DNA of 64,000 bases from an uncultured Azohydromonas sp. (GCA_964618555.1 CAZUBF010000001.1:74687-138686), one strand, 5' to 3'; positions 27,650-39,612 are shown, counted from the first letter of the stretch. Numbers and translations: made by a program. Notes: a model not told the origin generated them from the letters alone.

Positions 27650-30112
27650 TCAGCGGCCGGGCGCAACGCCGGCGATCAGCCGGTCGACCTCGGCGGCCAC
27701 CGCCACCGCGTCGTCGTCGAAGTAGTGCGTGTGCGCGCCGGCGCCGAGGCAGAACTCGGTGCGCCCGCCATCGCGCGACGCCACCACCCGGCCCTGCGCA
27801 TCGACGCGGGCGACGTCGAACGCCCCCGGCGCGTCGAGGCGGGTCCACAGCGCGCGCCCGACGTAGTCGCCGGCGCGGTACGCGTTGACCCACTCGTCCA
27901 GGCCGAGCTGCGCCGGCGTCGGCGTCGCGGCGGCGAACGGCGCGCCTGCCGCGCCCACCCAGCGGTACAGCAGCGGGAAGCGCGCCGCGTACAGGTCGCG
28001 CAGCGGCGAGCCCAGCGTGAACAGGGCGCGCGGCGCGTCGCCGGCGACGCCGCGCAGGCGCCCGCCGCGCTGCAGGTGGCGCAGCAGGTCGGCGCTGATC
28101 ACGCTGCCCTGGCTGTGCGCCACGATCACCAGCCGCGCGTAGCCGCGCCGGCGCAGGTAGTCGAGCAGCGAGGCGTAGCGCGAGAAGATGCGCGCGCGCG
28201 GCGGCAGCCGGTCGTGGGGATCGCGGAAGTAGTTGTCGACGTCGAGCACCGCGTCGAGCGCCACGCGCAGCCGCCCCAGGGTGCGCGTGAAGCGGGCGCC
28301 GAGCACCGTGAGCACCACCGCGCCGGCGGCGAGCCACTTGCCGATGTCCACCAGCAACGCGCCCCAGCGCGCCGGCGCGTCGCCGGCCAGCGCGAACAGC
28401 AGCGGCACGCCGGCGAGCTTCTCCACCGCGAACAGCAGGTACGCGGCACCGCCGAGCAGCGCCAGCGCCGGCACGACGGTGGCGAACAGCGTCGCGATCA
28501 CGCGCCGCGCGCGGTTCCAGCCTCGCCCGAGCCGGGTGCTGGCGGCGTCGCCCTGCGGTGTCGGCGTTGCCGGGGTCGGCGACAGCTCCTCGCGCAGCGA
28601 CGGTGCCGCCGCGACGACGGCCACGGCGCCGACGACGCCGGCCAGCGCCATCAGCGGCGTGAACAGCGCGCCGACGTCGCGCACCTGCGCCTCGAAGAAC
28701 ACCGCGCCCGACGGGAACGCGCCGGCGCCGAGCAGCGCCGGCACGACGCGCACGTCGTCGAGCGCGAGCCCGGCAACGTAGGCGATCACCGACCACAGCA
28801 CGAGGCTGAGCACCACGAACAGCGCCGTCGACACCGACACCGCGATGCGTGCCGTGGCCAGCGACGCCGCGACGTCGCCGCCGGCGCGCGACAGCGCGAA
28901 GCTCAGCACCAGCGCGCCACCTTGCGCCAGCACCAGCACGCCCCAGGTGACGAGCAGCAGCGCCAGCAGCGCCTCGCCGGCGTGCAGCGCCGTGACCAGC
29001 ATCCACTCGTGCAGCGTGGTCGCGTGCGCGAGGTCGTGGCGGCCGTGCCACGCGAGCAGCACCGCCGTGAACGCGAGGACGACGACCCCGACCGCGTGCA
29101 CGCCGCGCACCGTGCGCGCGTAGCGGCGCACCAGCAACGCGCCGGCGGCCACCGTCAGCAGCGCGGCGGTGCCGGCGTACAGCATCGGCTCGGGCGCGCG
29201 GGTGCCCAGCGCCGCCGCGGCGACGGCCGCCGCACCCGCGGCGGCGACGGCCCAGGGCAGCGCGCGCGCCAGCGCCAGGGGCGCCGCGTCGGCGCGCTGC
29301 GCCGCGAGCCAGCCCCCGATGCCGAGCACCACGGTGGCGACGCCGCCGCCGAGCACCAGCAGGAAACCCACGCTGTCGACCGGCACGAACGCCGCGGCGC
29401 CGAACGGCACCAGCAGCAGCATCGCCAGCTGCAGCAGCGCCGCCGGGCCGGTGAGCAGCCACGCCGACCACGCGTGCAGGCGCTGCAGCGCGCGCAGCGC
29501 GCCGCGGACGTCGCCGTGCACCATCGCGACCTGGTCGACGACGTCGCGCGCCAGCGTGTTCAGGTGGAACAGCAGCTGGTACGCGGCCGACAGCGCGCGG
29601 ATCCCGCCGGGGCGCAGCCGCGAGTGGTCGGCCCAGTGCATCTCGTAGACGTCGACCCGGGTGCCGTCGGCGCGCCGGCGCAGCGACACGCGCGTCGACG
29701 CGTACAGGCCGTCGCGTTCGGCGGGGCGGTGGCGTGCCAGCAGGTGGTCGGTCAACGCCAGGCCGAGGTCGTCGGTGTCGGCGTCGCGGCCGTGCAGGAA
29801 GAACTCGCTCGGCCGGCCGGGCTCCATCGCTGCTTCGGCGTCGGTCGGCCCCGGCGGCCCCGGCGGCCCCGGCGGCGCCTGTGGCGCCTGTGGCGGCGCG
29901 GCGGCGCGCTGCGGTGTCGGCGCCAGCGGCGTCACCGGCACGATCACCTCGTGCACCTCGCCGTCGACGTAACGCGGCGCGCCGTCGCGCCCGTGGCACA
30001 GCAGGCGCGCGAGTTCGCGCGCCGTCTGCCCCGGCTGCTGGTCGGCGATGCCGTGCACCGCGATGACGGCCACCGCGCCGTGGTCGGGCGCGGTGGCCCG
30101 GGCTGCGTCCAT
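27650..30112 (-). CDS. Polytopic membrane protein with a split alpha/beta-hydrolase domain
   Basis: [10 protein letters not shown], many TM helices, [29 protein letters not shown]. Confidence 0.7.
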   Translation of the reverse strand: MDAARATAPDHGAVAVIAVHGIADQQPGQTARELARLLCHGRDGAPRYVDGEVHEVIVPVTPLAPTPQRAAAPPQAPQAPPGPPGPPGPTDAEAAMEPGRPSEFFLHGRDADTDDLGLALTDHLLARHRPAERDGLYASTRVSLRRRADGTRVDVYEMHWADHSRLRPGGIRALSAAYQLLFHLNTLARDVVDQVAMVHGDVRGALRALQRLHAWSAWLLTGPAALLQLAMLLLVPFGAAAFVPVDSVGFLLVLGGGVATVVLGIGGWLAAQRADAAPLALARALPWAVAAAGAAAVAAAALGTRAPEPMLYAGTAALLTVAAGALLVRRYARTVRGVHAVGVVVLAFTAVLLAWHGRHDLAHATTLHEWMLVTALHAGEALLALLLVTWGVLVLAQGGALVLSFALSRAGGDVAASLATARIAVSVSTALFVVLSLVLWSVIAYVAGLALDDVRVVPALLGAGAFPSGAVFFEAQVRDVGALFTPLMALAGVVGAVAVVAAAPSLREELSPTPATPTPQGDAASTRLGRGWNRARRVIATLFATVVPALALLGGAAYLLFAVEKLAGVPLLFALAGDAPARWGALLVDIGKWLAAGAVVLTVLGARFTRTLGRLRVALDAVLDVDNYFRDPHDRLPPRARIFSRYASLLDYLRRRGYARLVIVAHSQGSVISADLLRHLQRGGRLRGVAGDAPRALFTLGSPLRDLYAARFPLLYRWVGAAGAPFAAATPTPAQLGLDEWVNAYRAGDYVGRALWTRLDAPGAFDVARVDAQGRVVASRDGGRTEFCLGAGAHTHYFDDDAVAVAAEVDRLIAGVAPGR

Positions 30113-30172
30113 GGCCGTCGATTGGAGCCTGCGCCGCCGCCGCGCGCAACGGCGGCGGGGGGGCGTCAGGCG

Positions 30173-30985
30173 TCAGGCGCGCGCGGCGACGAAGTGCGGG
30201 TTGTCGAACCCCGGCTTGCCGTAGCGCAGCGGGCGGCCGTCGTCGAGGCGCACGACCTCGCCGCCGGCGGCGCGCAGCACGGCGTGGCCGGCGGCGATGT
30301 CCCACTCCATCGTGCGGCCCAGGCGCGGGTAGAGGTCGGCCTCGCCGGCGGCGACCAGGCACAGCTTCAGCGACGACCCGGCGTTGGCCAGCGACGCCAC
30401 AGGACGCCCGGCGAGGAACGCGTCGAGCGCGGCGGCGTCGCCGTGCGAGCGGCTGGCCACCACCGTCAGCCCCTCGGCCGGCACGGCGCGGCAGCGGATG
30501 TCGCGCCGCCCGGCGTCGTCCTCGACCCAGGCGCCGTGGCCGGCGGCCCCGGCGAACAGCCGCCCGCGCGCGCCCAGCGCCGGCGCGAACACCACGCCGA
30601 GCAGCGGCGCGCCGTCGTCGATCAGCGCGACGTTGACGGTGAACTCGCCGTTGCGCCCGACGAACTCCTTGGTGCCGTCGAGCGGGTCAACGAGCCAGAA
30701 GCGGCGGTCGACGGCCGGCACGCGTCCGGCGGCGACGGCCTCCTCGGCGACGATCGGCACGCCGGGCGTCAGTGCGGCCAGCGCCGGCACGATCAGCCGC
30801 TCGGCACGCTCGTCGGCCTCGGTCACCGGCGACGCGTCGTCCTTGCCGCGCACCGCGAAGTCGGTGGCGTAGACCTCCATGATCACCCGGCCGGCGTCGC
30901 GCGTGATCTGCGCCACGGCCGCGAGCAGCGCCGGCACCGATTCGCGGGGGATCGGCGACGACACGGGCATCGGATTCTGGTTCAT
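30173..30985 (-). CDS. cysQ: 3'(2'),5'-bisphosphate nucleotidase CysQ
   Basis: [41 protein letters not shown]; alternative start at 30970. Confidence 0.95.
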   Translation of the reverse strand: MNQNPMPVSSPIPRESVPALLAAVAQITRDAGRVIMEVYATDFAVRGKDDASPVTEADERAERLIVPALAALTPGVPIVAEEAVAAGRVPAVDRRFWLVDPLDGTKEFVGRNGEFTVNVALIDDGAPLLGVVFAPALGARGRLFAGAAGHGAWVEDDAGRRDIRCRAVPAEGLTVVASRSHGDAAALDAFLAGRPVASLANAGSSLKLCLVAAGEADLYPRLGRTMEWDIAAGHAVLRAAGGEVVRLDDGRPLRYGKPGFDNPHFVAARA

Positions 30986-31015
30986 AATCTTCTGAACACA
31001 AAGTTCTTAATTACC

Positions 31016-32875
31016 GTGCCGAATATTAAAAGCTTTGCGCCGAATAAGGTCGACGAGGTCGATGCGGCGCTGGGCGAGCTGAACCAGCGTCGCCGGCGCG
31101 CCGTCGAGCTGCGGCTGTCGGGCCACTCGCTGGCACAGACGCGCGCCGACACGGGCCTGAGCGCGCCCACGATCATCGCCGCGTACAAGGCCTTCCTCGC
31201 CGGCGGCTGGTCGGCGATTGCGGTCAAAGGTCGCGGACGCGCCGCCGGCGTCGGCCGGGCGCTGTCCGCAGCCGTCGAACGCACGCTGCAGCGCGAGGCC
31301 AGCGAGGCGCTGCCGGCGCACGGGCTGTGGACGCCGACCGCCGTGCGCCGGCGCGCGCGCGAGCTCGGCGGCGTCGAGATCGGCGAGCGCACGGTGCAGC
31401 GCTACCTCGAGCGGTGGTCGCTGCAGTGGCCCGCGCTGCGCGACGCCGCGCCGGCCAGCCGCGACGGCGCTTGCTGGTTCGACGACGAACTGCCGGCGAT
31501 CGCGCAACGCGCGCACGCCGAGCGCGCGACGCTGCTGTGGTGCGCCGACGCCGCGCTGCCGGGCACGCAGGTTCGGGTGTTGGTGGCGCAGACGCTGCGC
31601 GGTGGCGCCGCCTGGCTGCCGACGCGCGCGTCGAACGACCTGCGCACGCACGTCGACTTCCTCGAACGCCTGCGGCAGACCTGGCCCGGGCCGCTCGTCG
31701 TGCTGCTGCACGGCGTGGGCGCCGCCTTCGCCGGCGCGTCCCGGGACGACGTGATCGTGTCCGAGGACGGTCGCGGCACCGCCCCGCCCGGGGGCCACGC
31801 GCCCGGCGCCGCCGCGCTGGCCGACTGGATCGCCCGCCAGCCCGGGCTGCGCGTGCTGCCGTGCCCGGTGGGACTGCCCCTGGCTGCCGGCGCGGCGCGA
31901 CCGGCCGCGCGCGCCACGCCCGCCTTGCCCCCGCCGGCCGCCCCGGCGCCCCCGAACCCGATGACCCTGCCGACGATGAAGCTCACCCACCTGCAACGCC
32001 TCGAAGCCGAGAGCATCCACATCCTGCGCGAGGTCGTCGCCGAGTGCGAACGGCCGGTGATGCTGTACTCGATCGGCAAGGACAGCGCGTGCATGCTGCA
32101 CCTGGCGCGCAAGGCCTTCCACCCCGCGCCGCCGCCGTTCCCGCTGCTGCACGTCGACACGACGTGGAAGTTCCGCGACATGTACGCGCTGCGCGAACGC
32201 ATGGCCGGGGAGACCGGCATGGAGCTGCTGGTGTGGCAGAACCCCGAGGCCAAGGCGCTGGGCATCAACCCCTTCGACCACGGCTCGCAGATCCACACCG
32301 ACATGTGGAAGACCCAGGGCCTGAAGCAGGCGCTGGAGCACTACGGCTTCGACGCCGCGTTCGGCGGCGCGCGCCGCGACGAGGAGAAGAGCCGCGCCAA
32401 GGAGCGCATCTTCAGCTTCCGCAGCGCGCAGCACCGCTGGGACCCGAAGCACCAGCGCCCCGAGCTGTGGCACCTGTACAACGCGCGCAAGCACCCCGGC
32501 GAGTCGATCCGGGTGTTCCCGCTGAGCAACTGGACCGAGCTCGACATCTGGCAGTACATCCACCTCGAGAAGATCCCGATCGTGCCGCTGTACTTCGCGC
32601 GCGAGCGCCCCGTCGTCGAGCGCGACGGCACGCTGATCATGGTCGACGATGAGCGCATGCGCCTGAAGCCCGGCGAGGTGCCGGTGATGCGCAAGGTGCG
32701 CTTCCGCACGCTGGGGTGCTACCCGCTGTCGGGGGCGATCGAGAGCGACGCCGGGGACCTGACCGCGATCATCCAGGAGATGCTGCTGGCGCGCACCAGC
32801 GAACGCCAGGGCCGGCTGATCGACCACGACCAGGCGGCGTCGATGGAGAAGAAGAAGCAGGAGGGGTATTTCTAG
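31016..32875 (+). CDS. cysD: Sulfate adenylyltransferase subunit 2 (CysD) with an N-terminal degenerate IS630-like transposase region
   Basis: CysD core from 31976 ([46 protein letters not shown]); about 320 in-frame upstream codons resembling an IS630 transposase. Confidence 0.88.
   Translation: MPNIKSFAPNKVDEVDAALGELNQRRRRAVELRLSGHSLAQTRADTGLSAPTIIAAYKAFLAGGWSAIAVKGRGRAAGVGRALSAAVERTLQREASEALPAHGLWTPTAVRRRARELGGVEIGERTVQRYLERWSLQWPALRDAAPASRDGACWFDDELPAIAQRAHAERATLLWCADAALPGTQVRVLVAQTLRGGAAWLPTRASNDLRTHVDFLERLRQTWPGPLVVLLHGVGAAFAGASRDDVIVSEDGRGTAPPGGHAPGAAALADWIARQPGLRVLPCPVGLPLAAGAARPAARATPALPPPAAPAPPNPMTLPTMKLTHLQRLEAESIHILREVVAECERPVMLYSIGKDSACMLHLARKAFHPAPPPFPLLHVDTTWKFRDMYALRERMAGETGMELLVWQNPEAKALGINPFDHGSQIHTDMWKTQGLKQALEHYGFDAAFGGARRDEEKSRAKERIFSFRSAQHRWDPKHQRPELWHLYNARKHPGESIRVFPLSNWTELDIWQYIHLEKIPIVPLYFARERPVVERDGTLIMVDDERMRLKPGEVPVMRKVRFRTLGCYPLSGAIESDAGDLTAIIQEMLLARTSERQGRLIDHDQAASMEKKKQEGYF
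31070..31870 (+). mobile_element. IS630-family transposase-derived segment (HTH domains plus inactivated DDE domain) within the cysD ORF
   Basis: [77 protein letters not shown] follow IS630 transposase motif order. Confidence 0.75.
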
Positions 32876-32955
32876 CCCCCCCGAAGCGCCTGCGGCGCCT
32901 CCCCCCCGGGGGGCGCCGCCAGCAGACCGGCGAAGCCGGATCTGCGGCGGCCGCT
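32876..32955. repeat. REP-like GC-rich palindromic intergenic element
   Basis: CCCCCCGGGGGG palindrome plus GCCGC-CA-GCAGA-CCGGC-GAA-GCCGG-A-TCTGC-GGCGGC hairpin between cysD and cysNC. Confidence 0.55.
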
Positions 32956-33007
32956 TGAACCCGTGCGACGTCAACGTCAGCGCGCATCACACACCAGGAG
33001 CCTCACC

Positions 33008-34912
33008 GTGGCCCACGTCAGCGACCTGATCGCCACCGACATCGAGCGGTACCTCAAGCAGCACGAGCACAAGAGCCTGCTGCGCTTCATCACCTGCGGC
33101 AGCGTCGACGACGGCAAGAGCACGCTGATCGGGCGGCTGCTGTACGAATCCAAGCTGCTGTTCGAGGACCAGCTGGCCGCGGTCGAGGCCGACAGCCGCA
33201 AGTGGGGCACGCAGGGCGGCGACATCGACTTCGCGCTGCTCGTCGACGGCCTGGCCGCCGAGCGCGAGCAGGGCATCACCATCGACGTCGCCTACCGCTT
33301 CTTCAGCACCGACCGGCGCAAGTTCATCGTCGCCGACACGCCGGGGCACGAGCAGTACACGCGCAACATGATCACCGGCGCGTCGACCGCCGACGTCGCG
33401 GTGATCCTGGTCGACGCGCGCAAGGGCGTGCTCACGCAGACGCGCCGCCACAGCTTCCTGGTGCACCTGATCGGCATCCGCAAGGTGGTGCTCGCCATCA
33501 ACAAGATGGACCTGGTCGACTTCTCGGAGAAGGTCTACCACCGCATCGTCGACGAGTACCGCGACTTCGCGCAGCGCATCGGCCTGAGCGACATCACGCC
33601 GATCCCGCTGTCGGCGCTCAAGGGCGACAACATGCTCGCGCACAGCGATCGCACGCCGTGGTACCGCGGGCCGACGCTGATGGCCTTCCTCGAGACGGTC
33701 GAGGTCGACGACGTGCGCCAGCAGGCCGCGCCGCTGCGCCTGCCGGTGCAGTGGGTCAACCGCCCGAACCACGAGTTCCGCGGCTTCGCGGGCACCGTCG
33801 CCAGCGGCGTCGTGCGCCCCGGCGACCGCGTGCGCGTGCAGCCCTCGGGGCGCGAGAGCCGCGTGGCGCGCATCGTCACCGCCGACGGCGACCTGCCGCA
33901 GGCGGTGGCCGGGCAGTCGGTGACGCTCACGCTCGCCGACGAGGTCGACATCTCCCGCGGCGACGTGATCAGCGCGGCCGACAGCCCGGCCGAGGTCGCC
34001 GACCAGTTCGAGTGCACCGTCGTGTGGATGGCCGACGAGCCGCTGCTGCCCGGGCGGCAGTACCTGCTGAAGATCGGCACGCGCACGGTGGGCGCCAGCG
34101 TCACCGAGCCGAAGTACAAGGTCAACGTCAACACGATGGAGCACCTGGCGGCCAAGCAGCTCGAGCTCAACGAGATCGGGGTGTGCAACCTGGCGCTCGA
34201 CCGCCCCGTCGCCTTCGACCCCTACGCCGTCAACCGCGACACCGGCGGCTTCGTCCTCGTCGACCGGCTGAGCAACCACACCGTCGGCGCCGGCATGCTG
34301 CACTTCGCGCTGCGCCGCGCGCACAACATCCACCTGCAGCACGTCGACGTCGACAAGGCGGCGCGTGCGCGCCTGAAGGGCCAGCGCCCGGGGGTGCTGT
34401 GGTTCACCGGGCTGTCGGGGTCGGGCAAGTCGACGATCGCCAACCTGGTCGAGAAGCGGCTGCACGCGATGGGCCACCACACCTACCTGCTCGACGGCGA
34501 CAACGTGCGCCACGGGCTGAACAAGGACCTGGGTTTCACCGAGGCCGACCGCGTCGAGAACATCCGCCGCATCGCCGAGGTCGCGCGGCTGATGGCCGAC
34601 GCCGGCCTGATCGTGATGACCGCGTTCATCTCGCCGTTCCGCGCCGAGCGCGCGATGGCGCGCAGCCTGCTCGCCGACGGCGAGTTCGTCGAGATCCACG
34701 TCGACACGCCGCTCGACGTGGCCGAGGCGCGCGACGTCAAGGGCCTGTACCGCAAGGCGCGCCGCGGCGAGCTGAAGAACTTCACCGGCATCGACTCGCC
34801 GTACGAGGCCCCCGAGACGCCCGAGCTGCGCGTGAACACCGCCGACCGCACGCCCGAGCAGGCCGCCGACGCGGTGATCGCGCGCATCCGCGAGCTCGGT
34901 CTGATCGCCTGA
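33008..34912 (+). CDS. cysNC: Bifunctional sulfate adenylyltransferase subunit 1 / adenylylsulfate kinase (CysN-CysC, NodQ-like)
   Basis: AGGAG RBS then GTG; [22 protein letters not shown]; C-terminal [28 protein letters not shown]. Confidence 0.96.
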   Translation: MAHVSDLIATDIERYLKQHEHKSLLRFITCGSVDDGKSTLIGRLLYESKLLFEDQLAAVEADSRKWGTQGGDIDFALLVDGLAAEREQGITIDVAYRFFSTDRRKFIVADTPGHEQYTRNMITGASTADVAVILVDARKGVLTQTRRHSFLVHLIGIRKVVLAINKMDLVDFSEKVYHRIVDEYRDFAQRIGLSDITPIPLSALKGDNMLAHSDRTPWYRGPTLMAFLETVEVDDVRQQAAPLRLPVQWVNRPNHEFRGFAGTVASGVVRPGDRVRVQPSGRESRVARIVTADGDLPQAVAGQSVTLTLADEVDISRGDVISAADSPAEVADQFECTVVWMADEPLLPGRQYLLKIGTRTVGASVTEPKYKVNVNTMEHLAAKQLELNEIGVCNLALDRPVAFDPYAVNRDTGGFVLVDRLSNHTVGAGMLHFALRRAHNIHLQHVDVDKAARARLKGQRPGVLWFTGLSGSGKSTIANLVEKRLHAMGHHTYLLDGDNVRHGLNKDLGFTEADRVENIRRIAEVARLMADAGLIVMTAFISPFRAERAMARSLLADGEFVEIHVDTPLDVAEARDVKGLYRKARRGELKNFTGIDSPYEAPETPELRVNTADRTPEQAADAVIARIRELGLIA

Positions 34913-34925
34913 TCGCGCACCCGCG

Positions 34926-36656
34926 ATGACCTGGCAGCAGGCGGTCGTCTTCGCCGCGCTGGCGGTGCTCGTCGTCGAGCTGATCCGCGGCCGGCGCGCC
35001 CCGGCCGCGCTGTTCGCGTCGGTGGCCTTCGTGTTCGTGATGCTCGACCTGGTCGGCCTCGAGCGCAGCCTCGCGCAGTTCACGAACAGCGGGCTGGTGA
35101 CGGTGGTCGTGCTGCTGCTGCTGTCGGTGGTGCTCGACAAGGCGCACCTGCTCGAGACGCTGGCCGAGCGGCTGGTGCGCGGCGGCTACCGCGGCGCGCT
35201 GGTCAAGCTGGTCGTGGCGACGGCGGCGTACTCGGCGCTGCTGAACAACACCGCGGTGGTGGCGTCGCTGATCGGCCCGCTGCGCACGCTGCGCGCGCAC
35301 CCGGCGTCGCGGCTGCTGATGCCGATGTGCTTCGCCGCGTCGCTCGGCGGCACGCTGACGCTGGTGGGCACGTCGACGAACCTGCTCGTCAACAGCCTGA
35401 TGATCGGCCGCGACCTGCCGGCGCTGCGCATCTTCGACCTGTTTCCGGTCGGCATCCTGATCGTGGCGGCGTGCGGCGCGACGATGGTGCTGCTGTACCC
35501 GCGCCTGCTGCCGGCGCAGGCGGCGCCGCAGGAGGCGCCCTCGGAGTACTTCATCGAGGCCACGCTGCGCCCCGACTCGCCGCTGCTCGGGCGCACCGTC
35601 GAGCAGGCCGGGCTGCGCAAGCTGGCGCACCTGTACCTGGCCGAGATCGTTCGCGACGGGCACGTGATCGCGCCGGTGCAGCCCGACCGCATGCTGCGGC
35701 TGGGCGACCTGCTGGTGTTCACCGGCGACCTGACGCGGCTGGACGTGCTGACGCGCTTCGAGGGGCTCGAGACGCATGGCCAGCACTACCGCCTGCCGCT
35801 GGACAACCTGGTCGAGGTCGTCGTCGCCGCCAATTCCACCCTGGCGCGCCGCACGATCAAGGAGGTCGACTTCCGCGCCCAGTTCGACGCCGCGGTGATC
35901 GCGGTGCGCCGCGGCAGCGAGCGCCTGCGCGGGCCGATCGCCAACCTGCCGATCCAGGTCGGCGACACGCTGGTGCTCGCGGTGGGCAGCGACTTCGAGA
36001 AGCGCAACAACCTGCAGCGCAACTTCGTCGTCGTCTCGCGGCGCGAGGTGCAGAAGTTCACCGACCCGCGCAAGGGGCTGGTCGCGACCGCGGGCTTCGT
36101 CGCGACGATCGCGCTGGCCGCGTTCGGCGTCGTCGACTTCCTCAAGGCGCTGCTGGTGCTGCTGGCGCTGTTCCTGGCGTTCGGCTTCGCGAAGGCGGCC
36201 GACCTGCGGCGCAACATGCCGTACGAGATCATGCTGATCGTCGCGTCGTCGCTGGTGATCTCGGAGGTGATGGTGGCCACCGGCGCGGCCACGCTGCTCG
36301 CCGGCGGCCTGCTGGCCGGCGTCGAGGCGTTCGGGCCGTACGGCGCGCTGGCCATGATCCTCGTCGTGACCTGGCTGCTGACCGAGCTGATGAGCAACAA
36401 CGCGGCGGCGGCGCTGGCCTTTCCGGTGGCGCTCGGCGTGGCGCAGACCACCGGGCTCGACCCGCTGCCGTTCGTGATGGCGGTGCTGTACGGCGCGAGT
36501 TGCAGCTTCCTGACGCCGTACGGCTACCAGACGAACCTGATGATCATGTCGCCCGGCCGGTACGCGCTGCGCGACTACCTGCGCGCCGGGCTGCCGGTGG
36601 CGCTGGTGTTCCAGGCCGTCGCGCTGGTGGCGATCCCGGTGTTCTTCCCGCTCTGA
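34926..36656 (+). CDS. SLC13/DASS family permease with TrkA-C domains (probable sulfate uptake)
   Basis: LNNTAVVA, LGGTLTLVGTSTNL, two TrkA-C-like segments, MSNNAAAA, TPYGYQTN. Confidence 0.9.
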   Translation: MTWQQAVVFAALAVLVVELIRGRRAPAALFASVAFVFVMLDLVGLERSLAQFTNSGLVTVVVLLLLSVVLDKAHLLETLAERLVRGGYRGALVKLVVATAAYSALLNNTAVVASLIGPLRTLRAHPASRLLMPMCFAASLGGTLTLVGTSTNLLVNSLMIGRDLPALRIFDLFPVGILIVAACGATMVLLYPRLLPAQAAPQEAPSEYFIEATLRPDSPLLGRTVEQAGLRKLAHLYLAEIVRDGHVIAPVQPDRMLRLGDLLVFTGDLTRLDVLTRFEGLETHGQHYRLPLDNLVEVVVAANSTLARRTIKEVDFRAQFDAAVIAVRRGSERLRGPIANLPIQVGDTLVLAVGSDFEKRNNLQRNFVVVSRREVQKFTDPRKGLVATAGFVATIALAAFGVVDFLKALLVLLALFLAFGFAKAADLRRNMPYEIMLIVASSLVISEVMVATGAATLLAGGLLAGVEAFGPYGALAMILVVTWLLTELMSNNAAAALAFPVALGVAQTTGLDPLPFVMAVLYGASCSFLTPYGYQTNLMIMSPGRYALRDYLRAGLPVALVFQAVALVAIPVFFPL

Positions 36657-36743
36657 CGTTCGCTGCCGCGGCGTCGACGGGATCCTGCGTCAGAATGCGC
36701 CGCTCGTGTCGCGCTGCGTGTGCGACCGGCGGATGCGACACCC

Positions 36744-37802
36744 ATGATCCTCGTCACCGGCGGCGCCGGCTTCATCGGCAGCAACTTCGTGCTCGACTGG
36801 CTCGCGCGCAGCGACGAGCCGGTGCTCAACCTCGACGCGCTGACCTACGCCGGCAACCTGCGCAACCTCGCGTCGCTGCGCGGCGACGCGCGGCACGTGT
36901 TCGTGCACGGCGACATCGGCGACCGCGCGCTGGTCGAGCGGCTGCTCGCCGGGCACCGACCGCGCGCCGTCGTGCACTTCGCCGCCGAGAGCCACGTCGA
37001 CCGCAGCATCCACCGCCCTGCGGCGTTCATGAAGACCAACGTCGAGGGCACCTTCGCGCTGCTCGAGGCCGCGCGCGGGTACTGGGGCGCGCTCGCCGGC
37101 GACGCGAAGGCGGCGTTCCGCTTCCTGCACGTCTCGACCGACGAGGTCTACGGCAGCCTCGGCCCCGGCGACGCGGCGTTCACCGAGGAGCACGTCTACC
37201 GGCCGAACAGCCCGTACTCGGCGAGCAAGGCCGCCAGCGACCACCTGGTGCGCGCCTGGCACCACACCTACGGGCTGCCGGTGGTGACCACCAACTGCAG
37301 CAACAACTACGGGCCCTACCAGTTTCCCGAGAAGCTGATCCCGCTGATGATCGTCAACGCGCTCGCCGGCAAGCCGCTGCCGATCTACGGCGACGGGATG
37401 CAGGTGCGCGACTGGCTGTACGTCGGCGACCACTGCAGCGGCATCCGCGCCGTGCTCGAGCGCGGGCGCGTCGGCGAGACCTACAACATCGGCGGCTGGA
37501 ACGAGAAGCCCAACCGCGACATCGTCGCGACGATCTGCGCGCTGCTCGACGAACTGCGCCCCGACCCCGCCGGGCCGCACTCCCGGCTGATCACCCACGT
37601 CACCGACCGCCCGGGCCACGACCGGCGCTACGCGATCGACGCGCGCAAGATCGAACGCGAGCTCGGCTGGCGCCCGGCCGAGACCTTCGACAGCGGCATC
37701 CGCAAGACGCTGCGCTGGTACCTCGACCACCCGGACTGGGTCGCCGAGGTGCACAGCGGCGCCTACCGCGACTGGCTGGCGACCAACTACGCGCAGCGAT
37801 GA
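36744..37802 (+). CDS. rfbB: dTDP-glucose 4,6-dehydratase
   Basis: [39 protein letters not shown]. Confidence 0.97.
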   Translation: MILVTGGAGFIGSNFVLDWLARSDEPVLNLDALTYAGNLRNLASLRGDARHVFVHGDIGDRALVERLLAGHRPRAVVHFAAESHVDRSIHRPAAFMKTNVEGTFALLEAARGYWGALAGDAKAAFRFLHVSTDEVYGSLGPGDAAFTEEHVYRPNSPYSASKAASDHLVRAWHHTYGLPVVTTNCSNNYGPYQFPEKLIPLMIVNALAGKPLPIYGDGMQVRDWLYVGDHCSGIRAVLERGRVGETYNIGGWNEKPNRDIVATICALLDELRPDPAGPHSRLITHVTDRPGHDRRYAIDARKIERELGWRPAETFDSGIRKTLRWYLDHPDWVAEVHSGAYRDWLATNYAQR

Positions 37803-38698
37803 AGCTGCTGCTGCTCGGCTGCAACGGCCAGGTCGGCTGGGAGCTGCAGCGCGCGCTGGCGCCGCTGGGCGAGCTGAAGGCGCTGGACTTCGACACCGCG
37901 GGGCCGTGGCGCGCCGACTTCACGCGCCCCGAAGCGCTGCCGTCGCTGATCGGCGCGCTGCGGCCCGACGTCATCGTCAACGCCGCGGCGCACACCGCCG
38001 TCGACCGCGCCGAGGGCGAGCCCGAACTGGTCCGAACGATCAACGCGACCGCGCCCGGCGTGATCGCGCGCGAGGCCGCGGCGCTCGGCGCGACGCTGGT
38101 GCACTACAGCACCGACTACGTGTTCGACGGCAGCGGCGACGCGCCGCGCAGCGAGGACGCGCCGACCGAGCCGCTGTCGGTGTACGGGCGCACCAAGCTC
38201 GAGGGCGAGGCGCTGATCCGCGCCAGCGGCTGCCGGTACCTGATCCTGCGCACGAGTTGGGTCTACGCGGCGCGCGGCGGCAACTTCGCGCGCACGATGC
38301 TCAAGCTGGCCGCCGAGCGCGAGGCGCTGAACGTCATCGACGACCAGGTCGGCGCACCCACCGGCGCCGACCTGCTCGCCGACGTCACCGCGCACGCGCT
38401 GCGCGCGCTGGCCGCCCGGCCCGAGCTCGCCGGCACCTACCACTGCGTGGCCGCGGGCGAGACGAGCTGGTTCGGCTACGCACGCTTCGTCGTCGAGTGG
38501 GCGCGCGCGCGCGGCCACCCGATCCGCGTCGCGCCCGACGCGATCCGCCCGATCCCGACCTCGCACTACCCGACGCCGGCGCGGCGGCCGCTGAATTCGC
38601 GCCTGGACACGACGAAGCTGCGCACCGCGTTCGCGCTGCACCTGCCGCCGTGGCAGGCCGGCGTCGAACGCCTGCTCGCCGAAGTGCTCGGCACCTGA
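37799..38698 (+). CDS. rfbD: dTDP-4-dehydrorhamnose reductase
   Basis: [29 protein letters not shown]; ATGA overlap with rfbB. Confidence 0.96.
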   Translation: MKLLLLGCNGQVGWELQRALAPLGELKALDFDTAGPWRADFTRPEALPSLIGALRPDVIVNAAAHTAVDRAEGEPELVRTINATAPGVIAREAAALGATLVHYSTDYVFDGSGDAPRSEDAPTEPLSVYGRTKLEGEALIRASGCRYLILRTSWVYAARGGNFARTMLKLAAEREALNVIDDQVGAPTGADLLADVTAHALRALAARPELAGTYHCVAAGETSWFGYARFVVEWARARGHPIRVAPDAIRPIPTSHYPTPARRPLNSRLDTTKLRTAFALHLPPWQAGVERLLAEVLGT

Positions 38699-38713
38699 CC
38701 TCCACACACACCC

Positions 38714-39595
38714 ATGCAACGCAAAGGCATCGTTCTCGCCGGCGGGTCCGGCACCCGGCTGCATCCGGCCACGCTCGCGATGAGCAAGCAGCTGCTGCCG
38801 GTGTACGACAAGCCGATGGTCTACTACCCGCTGTCGACGCTGATGCTGGCCGGCATCCGCGACGTGCTGGTGATCAGCACGCCGCAGGACACGCCGCGCT
38901 TCGAGGCGCTGCTCGGCGACGGCAGCCGCTGGGGCATGCACCTGAGCTACTGCGTGCAGCCCAGCCCCGACGGTCTGGCGCAGGCGTTCATCCTCGGGCG
39001 GTCGTTCGTCGGTGGCCGGCCCAGCGCGCTGGTGCTCGGCGACAACATCTTCTACGGTCACGACTTCAAGGCGATGCTCGCGGCGGCGCACAAGCGCACC
39101 GCCGGCGCCACGGTGTTCGCCTACCACGTGCACGACCCCGAGCGGTACGGCGTCGTCGAGTTCGACGCGCAGCGGCGCGCGCTGAGCATCGAGGAGAAGC
39201 CGAAGGCGCCGAAGAGCCACTACGCGGTGACGGGCCTGTACTTCTACGACGAGCAGGTGTGCGACATCGCCGCGTCGATCAAGCCGAGCGCGCGCGGCGA
39301 GCTCGAGATCACCGAGGTCAACGCGCGCTACCTGCGGCAGGGCCAGCTCGACGTCGAGATCATGGGCCGCGGCTACGCGTGGCTCGACACCGGCACGCAC
39401 GACAGCCTGCTCGAGGCGAGCCAGTTCATCGCCACGCTCGAGAAGCGCCAGGGCCTGAAGGTGGCGTGCCCGGAGGAGATCGCCTACCGCGCCGGCTGGA
39501 TCGACGCGGTGCAGCTCGAGCGGCTGGCGCAGCCGATGCTGAAGAACGGTTACGGTGCCTACCTGATGCAGGTGCTGGCCGAGACCGTCTACTGA
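38714..39595 (+). CDS. rfbA: Glucose-1-phosphate thymidylyltransferase
   Basis: [36 protein letters not shown]. Confidence 0.97.
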   Translation: MQRKGIVLAGGSGTRLHPATLAMSKQLLPVYDKPMVYYPLSTLMLAGIRDVLVISTPQDTPRFEALLGDGSRWGMHLSYCVQPSPDGLAQAFILGRSFVGGRPSALVLGDNIFYGHDFKAMLAAAHKRTAGATVFAYHVHDPERYGVVEFDAQRRALSIEEKPKAPKSHYAVTGLYFYDEQVCDIAASIKPSARGELEITEVNARYLRQGQLDVEIMGRGYAWLDTGTHDSLLEASQFIATLEKRQGLKVACPEEIAYRAGWIDAVQLERLAQPMLKNGYGAYLMQVLAETVY

Positions 39596-39612
39596 CCGCC
39601 GAGGCCGCCGCG

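Noticed and set aside
31016-31960. Active IS630 insertion sequence
   Set aside because: DDE motifs are degenerate, there is no own stop codon, and no right inverted repeat was seen
17014-32875. Very long ORFs in the track (17014..21786, 21749..27124, 21940..27639, the 5' part of 27569..32875) as giant proteins
   Set aside because: High-GC shadow frames, Arg/Ala/Pro-rich and antisense to well-supported genes; only the 3' parts of 17014..21786 and 27569..32875 are real genes
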